Shown: positions 60,995 through 64,000 of the stretch, piece after piece
Layout of the letters: every line of letters starts with the position of its first letter
How positions within the stretch are numbered: the stretch's first letter is position 1
NCBI GenBank assembly: GCA_002269645.1
Contig: NIVC01000356.1
Span: 1-64,000, forward strand
Source of the DNA: Macrostomum lignano
Lineage: Eukaryota
Reading direction: 5' to 3'
DNA: 64,000 bases
Program-made: the position numbers and the translations under genes
Notes under the pieces: generated by a model
Seen by the model: only the letters and a program-made list of their open reading frames with translations
The model's database searches: none
What the model was told of the DNA's origin: nothing

Positions 60995-62760
60995 TTGAGT
61001 AGGTTATTGAGTAGGTTACTGAGTAGGTTATTGAGCAGGTTATTGAGTAGGTTATTGAGTAGGCTATTGAGTAGGTTATTGAGTAGGTTATTGAGTAGGT
61101 TATTGAGTAGGTTATTGAGTAGGCTATTGAGTAGGTTATTGAGTAGGTTATTGAGTAGGTTATTGAGTAGGTTATTAAGTAGGCTATTGAGTAGGTTATT
61201 GAGTAGGTTATTGAGTAGGTTATTAAGTAGGCTATTGAGTAGGTTATTGAGTAGGCTATTAAGTAGGTTATTGAGTAGGTTTTTGAGTAGGTTATTGAGT
61301 AGGCTATTGGGTAGGTTATTGAGTAGGCTATTGAGTAGGTTATTGAGTAGGTTATTGAGTAAGTTATTGAGTAAGTTATTGAGTAGGTTATTGAGTAGGT
61401 TATTGAGTAGGTTATTGAGTAGGTTATTGAGTAGGTTATTGAGTAGGTTATTGAGTAGGTTATTGAGTAGGTTATTGAGTAGGTTATTGAGTAGGTTATT
61501 GAGTAGGTTATTGAGTAGGTTATTGAGTAGGTTATTGAGTAGGTTATTGAGTAGGTTATCTGTGAGGGGAGCTGCAGAACTCCCAGAATTGAGTAGGTTA
61601 TCTGTGAGGGGAGCTGCAGAACTCTCAGGATTGAGTAGGTTATCTGTGAGGGGAGCTGCAGAACTCCCAGGATTGAGTAGGTTATCTGTGAGGGGAGCTG
61701 CGGAACTCCCAGGATTGAGTAGGTTATCTGTGAGGGGAGCTCCAGAACTCCCAGAACTGAGTAGGTTATCTGTGAGGGGAGCTGCAGAACTCCCAGGATT
61801 GAGTAGGTTATCGGTGAGGGGAGCTGTAGAACTCCCAGGATTGAGTAGGTTATCGGTGAGGGGAGCTGCGGAACTCCCAGGATTGAGTAGGTTATCTGTG
61901 AGAGAGGCTGCGGAACTCCCAGGATTGAGTAGGTTATCTGTGAGAGAGGCTGCGGAACTCCCAGGATTGAGTAGGTTATCTGTGAGGGAGGCTGCAGAAC
62001 TCCCAGGATTGAGTAGGTTATCTGTGAGGGAGGCTGCAGAACTCCCAGGATTGAGTAGGTTATCGGTGAGGGGAGCTGCGGAACTCCCAGGATTGAGTAG
62101 GTTATCGGTGAGGGGAGCTGCGGAACTCCCAGGATTGAGTAGGTTATCTGTGAGGGAGGCTGCAGAACTCCCAGGATTGAGTAGGTTATCTGTGAGGGAG
62201 GCTGCAGAACTACCAGGATTGAGTAGGTTATCGGTGAGGGGAGCTGCGGAACTCCCAGGATTGAGTAGGTTATCTGTGAGGGGAGCTGCGGAACTCCCAG
62301 GATTGAGTAGGTTATCTGTGAGGGGAGCTGCAGAACTCCCAGGATTGAGTAGGTTATCTGTGAGGGGAGCTGTAGAACTCCCAGGATTGAGTAGGTTATC
62401 TGTGAGGGGAGCTGCGGAACTCCCAGGATTGAGTAGGTTATCTGTGAGGGAGGCTGCGGAACTCCCAGGATTGAGTAGGTTATCTGTGAGGGAGGCTGCA
62501 GAACTCCCAGGATTGAGTAGGTTATCTGTGAGGGAGGCTGCGGAACTCCCAGGATTGAGTAGGTTATCTGTGAGGGAGGCTGCAGAACTCCCAGGATTGA
62601 GTAGGTTATCTGTGAGGGAGGCTGCAGAACTCCCAGGATTGAGTAGGTTATCTGTGAGGGAGGCTGCAGAACTCCTAGGATTGAGTAGGTTATCGGTGAG
62701 GGGAGCTGCGGAACTCCCAGGATTGAGTAGGTTATCTGTGAGGGGAGCTGCAGAACTCCC
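60995..62760. repeat. Compound array: 12-bp TTGAGTAGGTTA then 42-bp unit containing that 12-mer
   Basis: About 47 dodecamers to ~61560, then about 29 copies of the 42-mer. Confidence 0.97.
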
Positions 62761-63299
62761 TGATCAGGATTGATCTCAGCTACAGAACTTATTATACTTG
62801 TACCAGGTAAGTTTCAGACTTCTCTAAGGATCCAGGAACCTGTTGAGTCAGTAAGCGAGAGTTAAAAGTCAAAGAACTGCCAGAGCAAGCTACGTGGGTG
62901 GTGAAAAAAGCAGTATTTCTTGGTTCAACACACGACTTGCATTAGCACCAATTTATCCAGCTGTGCGAAAAACTTGCGCGCAATCAAGTGGAAAGATTTG
63001 CATAACAGAGGCAAGTATGAATTCAGTTATTGCATATTAGGTTACTGAAAACCTGTTAGTGTTAGCCGAAGCTGTTAGCCGAAAACCAGCACCAACTAGC
63101 TTAGAAATTTGCTTATCAAATTAGACAAGAAATATTTCTGGTAAAGTTTTGTTTAACTTCTCAAGTTAACAGTGAACAGGTATAAATATCAACATTAATG
63201 AGTTCGCACGAGGGTCGCAGTGCATTTTTGGCACTTTTGCTAAACAAATTTTTTAACTGTTTTAGCAAGCTGTGACTACCAGCTTTGCAGCCAGACGAC

Positions 63300-63979
63300 A
63301 TGACTGCTGCAACGCTTCACACAATTGACTATGTTGTCCTGGTTGCCAACTTCATCATCACCCTGCTGGTGGGCATCTGGGTAAGAGTCTCGTTGTGCGT
63401 CCCCAGCTCATGAGTGTTGCCTCAACAAAAATCATCAGAAATACATGCAAACTTCCTGTTCTGCAGCGCTGACTTCTCCGTTCTTGAAGAAATGAATTCC
63501 TCAAGCCCTGGGTCTTCCTCTGGTAACCAACACCCGTCTTCCCCAGATAACCAACACCTGTCTTCCCCAGGTAACCAACACTTGTCTTCCCCAGGTAACC
63601 AACACCTGTCTTCCCCAGGTAACCAACACCTGTCTCCCCCAGGTAACCAACACCTGTCTTCCCCAGGTAACCAACACCTGTCTTCCCCAGGTAACCAACA
63701 CCTGTCTCCCCCAGGTAACCAACACCTGTCTCCCCCAGGTAACCAACACCTGTCTTCCCCAGGTAACCAACACCTGCCTTCCCCGTCCTCACCAACCCGC
63801 AGTCGGCGTGGCGCAGCGAGCGCAGCACCACCGTGGGATATTTCCTGGCGAGTGCCAGCATGACGTGGCCTCTCATCGGGTTCTCCATCTTCATGACGAA
63901 CATCGGCAGCAGCGCGGTGATCGGACTGTCTGGCGCGGCCGCGGCTTCTGGCATCCCGGTGATCTGCTACGAGCTGTTC
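63300..63979 (+). CDS. SLC5-like: SLC5 sodium/solute symporter (SGLT/SMIT-like), first two coding exons; continues beyond the window
   Basis: Exon 63300-63380 (MTAATLHTIDYVVLVANFIITLLVGIW) and exon 63803-63979 (…TTVGYFLASASMTWPLIGFSIFMTNIGSSAVIGLSGAAAASGIPVICYELF) match the SGLT N-terminal pattern GxFLAGRSMxWWPIGASLFASNIGS. Confidence 0.9.
63523..63785 (+). repeat. 24-bp array (GTAACCAACACCTGTCTTCCCCAG) in SLC5 intron
   Basis: Nine CCCCAG|GTAACC junctions at 24-bp spacing (63571-63763). Confidence 0.97.
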
Positions 63980-64000
63980 GTGAGTACCGCCTGGTTGAAC

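Overview
Eukaryotic, intron-rich animal DNA. It is most consistent with a free-living flatworm such as Macrostomum; this is inferred from a flatworm-type EF-hand/dynein-light-chain (TAL) gene, GC-rich exons in AT-rich background and introns packed with minisatellites. All spliced models were built by hand from GT-AG sites with phase checks and are not supported by transcript data. Gene content: SDHD, a 4-exon SH3BGR-like gene, two near-identical 6-exon class-V PLP C-S lyase genes in an inverted duplication, a 5-exon PCIF1/CAPAM-like cap methyltransferase with intact NPPF but no WW domain lying between them, an ETS transcription factor, a 7-exon hexokinase-fold gene with degenerate active-site motifs, a TAL gene, the start of an SLC5 symporter, a small orphan ORF and a provisional unknown multi-exon gene. 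Mobile DNA: a degenerate LINE RT fragment, four loci of a tRNA-derived SINE, a 2.2 kb solo-LTR-like element with a 4-bp TSD, and an 885-bp Crypton/Helentron-like insertion splitting one SINE. The most interesting signals are (i) the WW-less PCIF1-like enzyme inside a lyase-MTase-lyase palindromic cassette with a gene-conversion signature, (ii) intronic arrays whose units are complete GT...AG mini-introns in the sense orientation, and (iii) a probable hexokinase pseudoenzyme. No rRNA, genuine tRNA or CRISPR array is supported.
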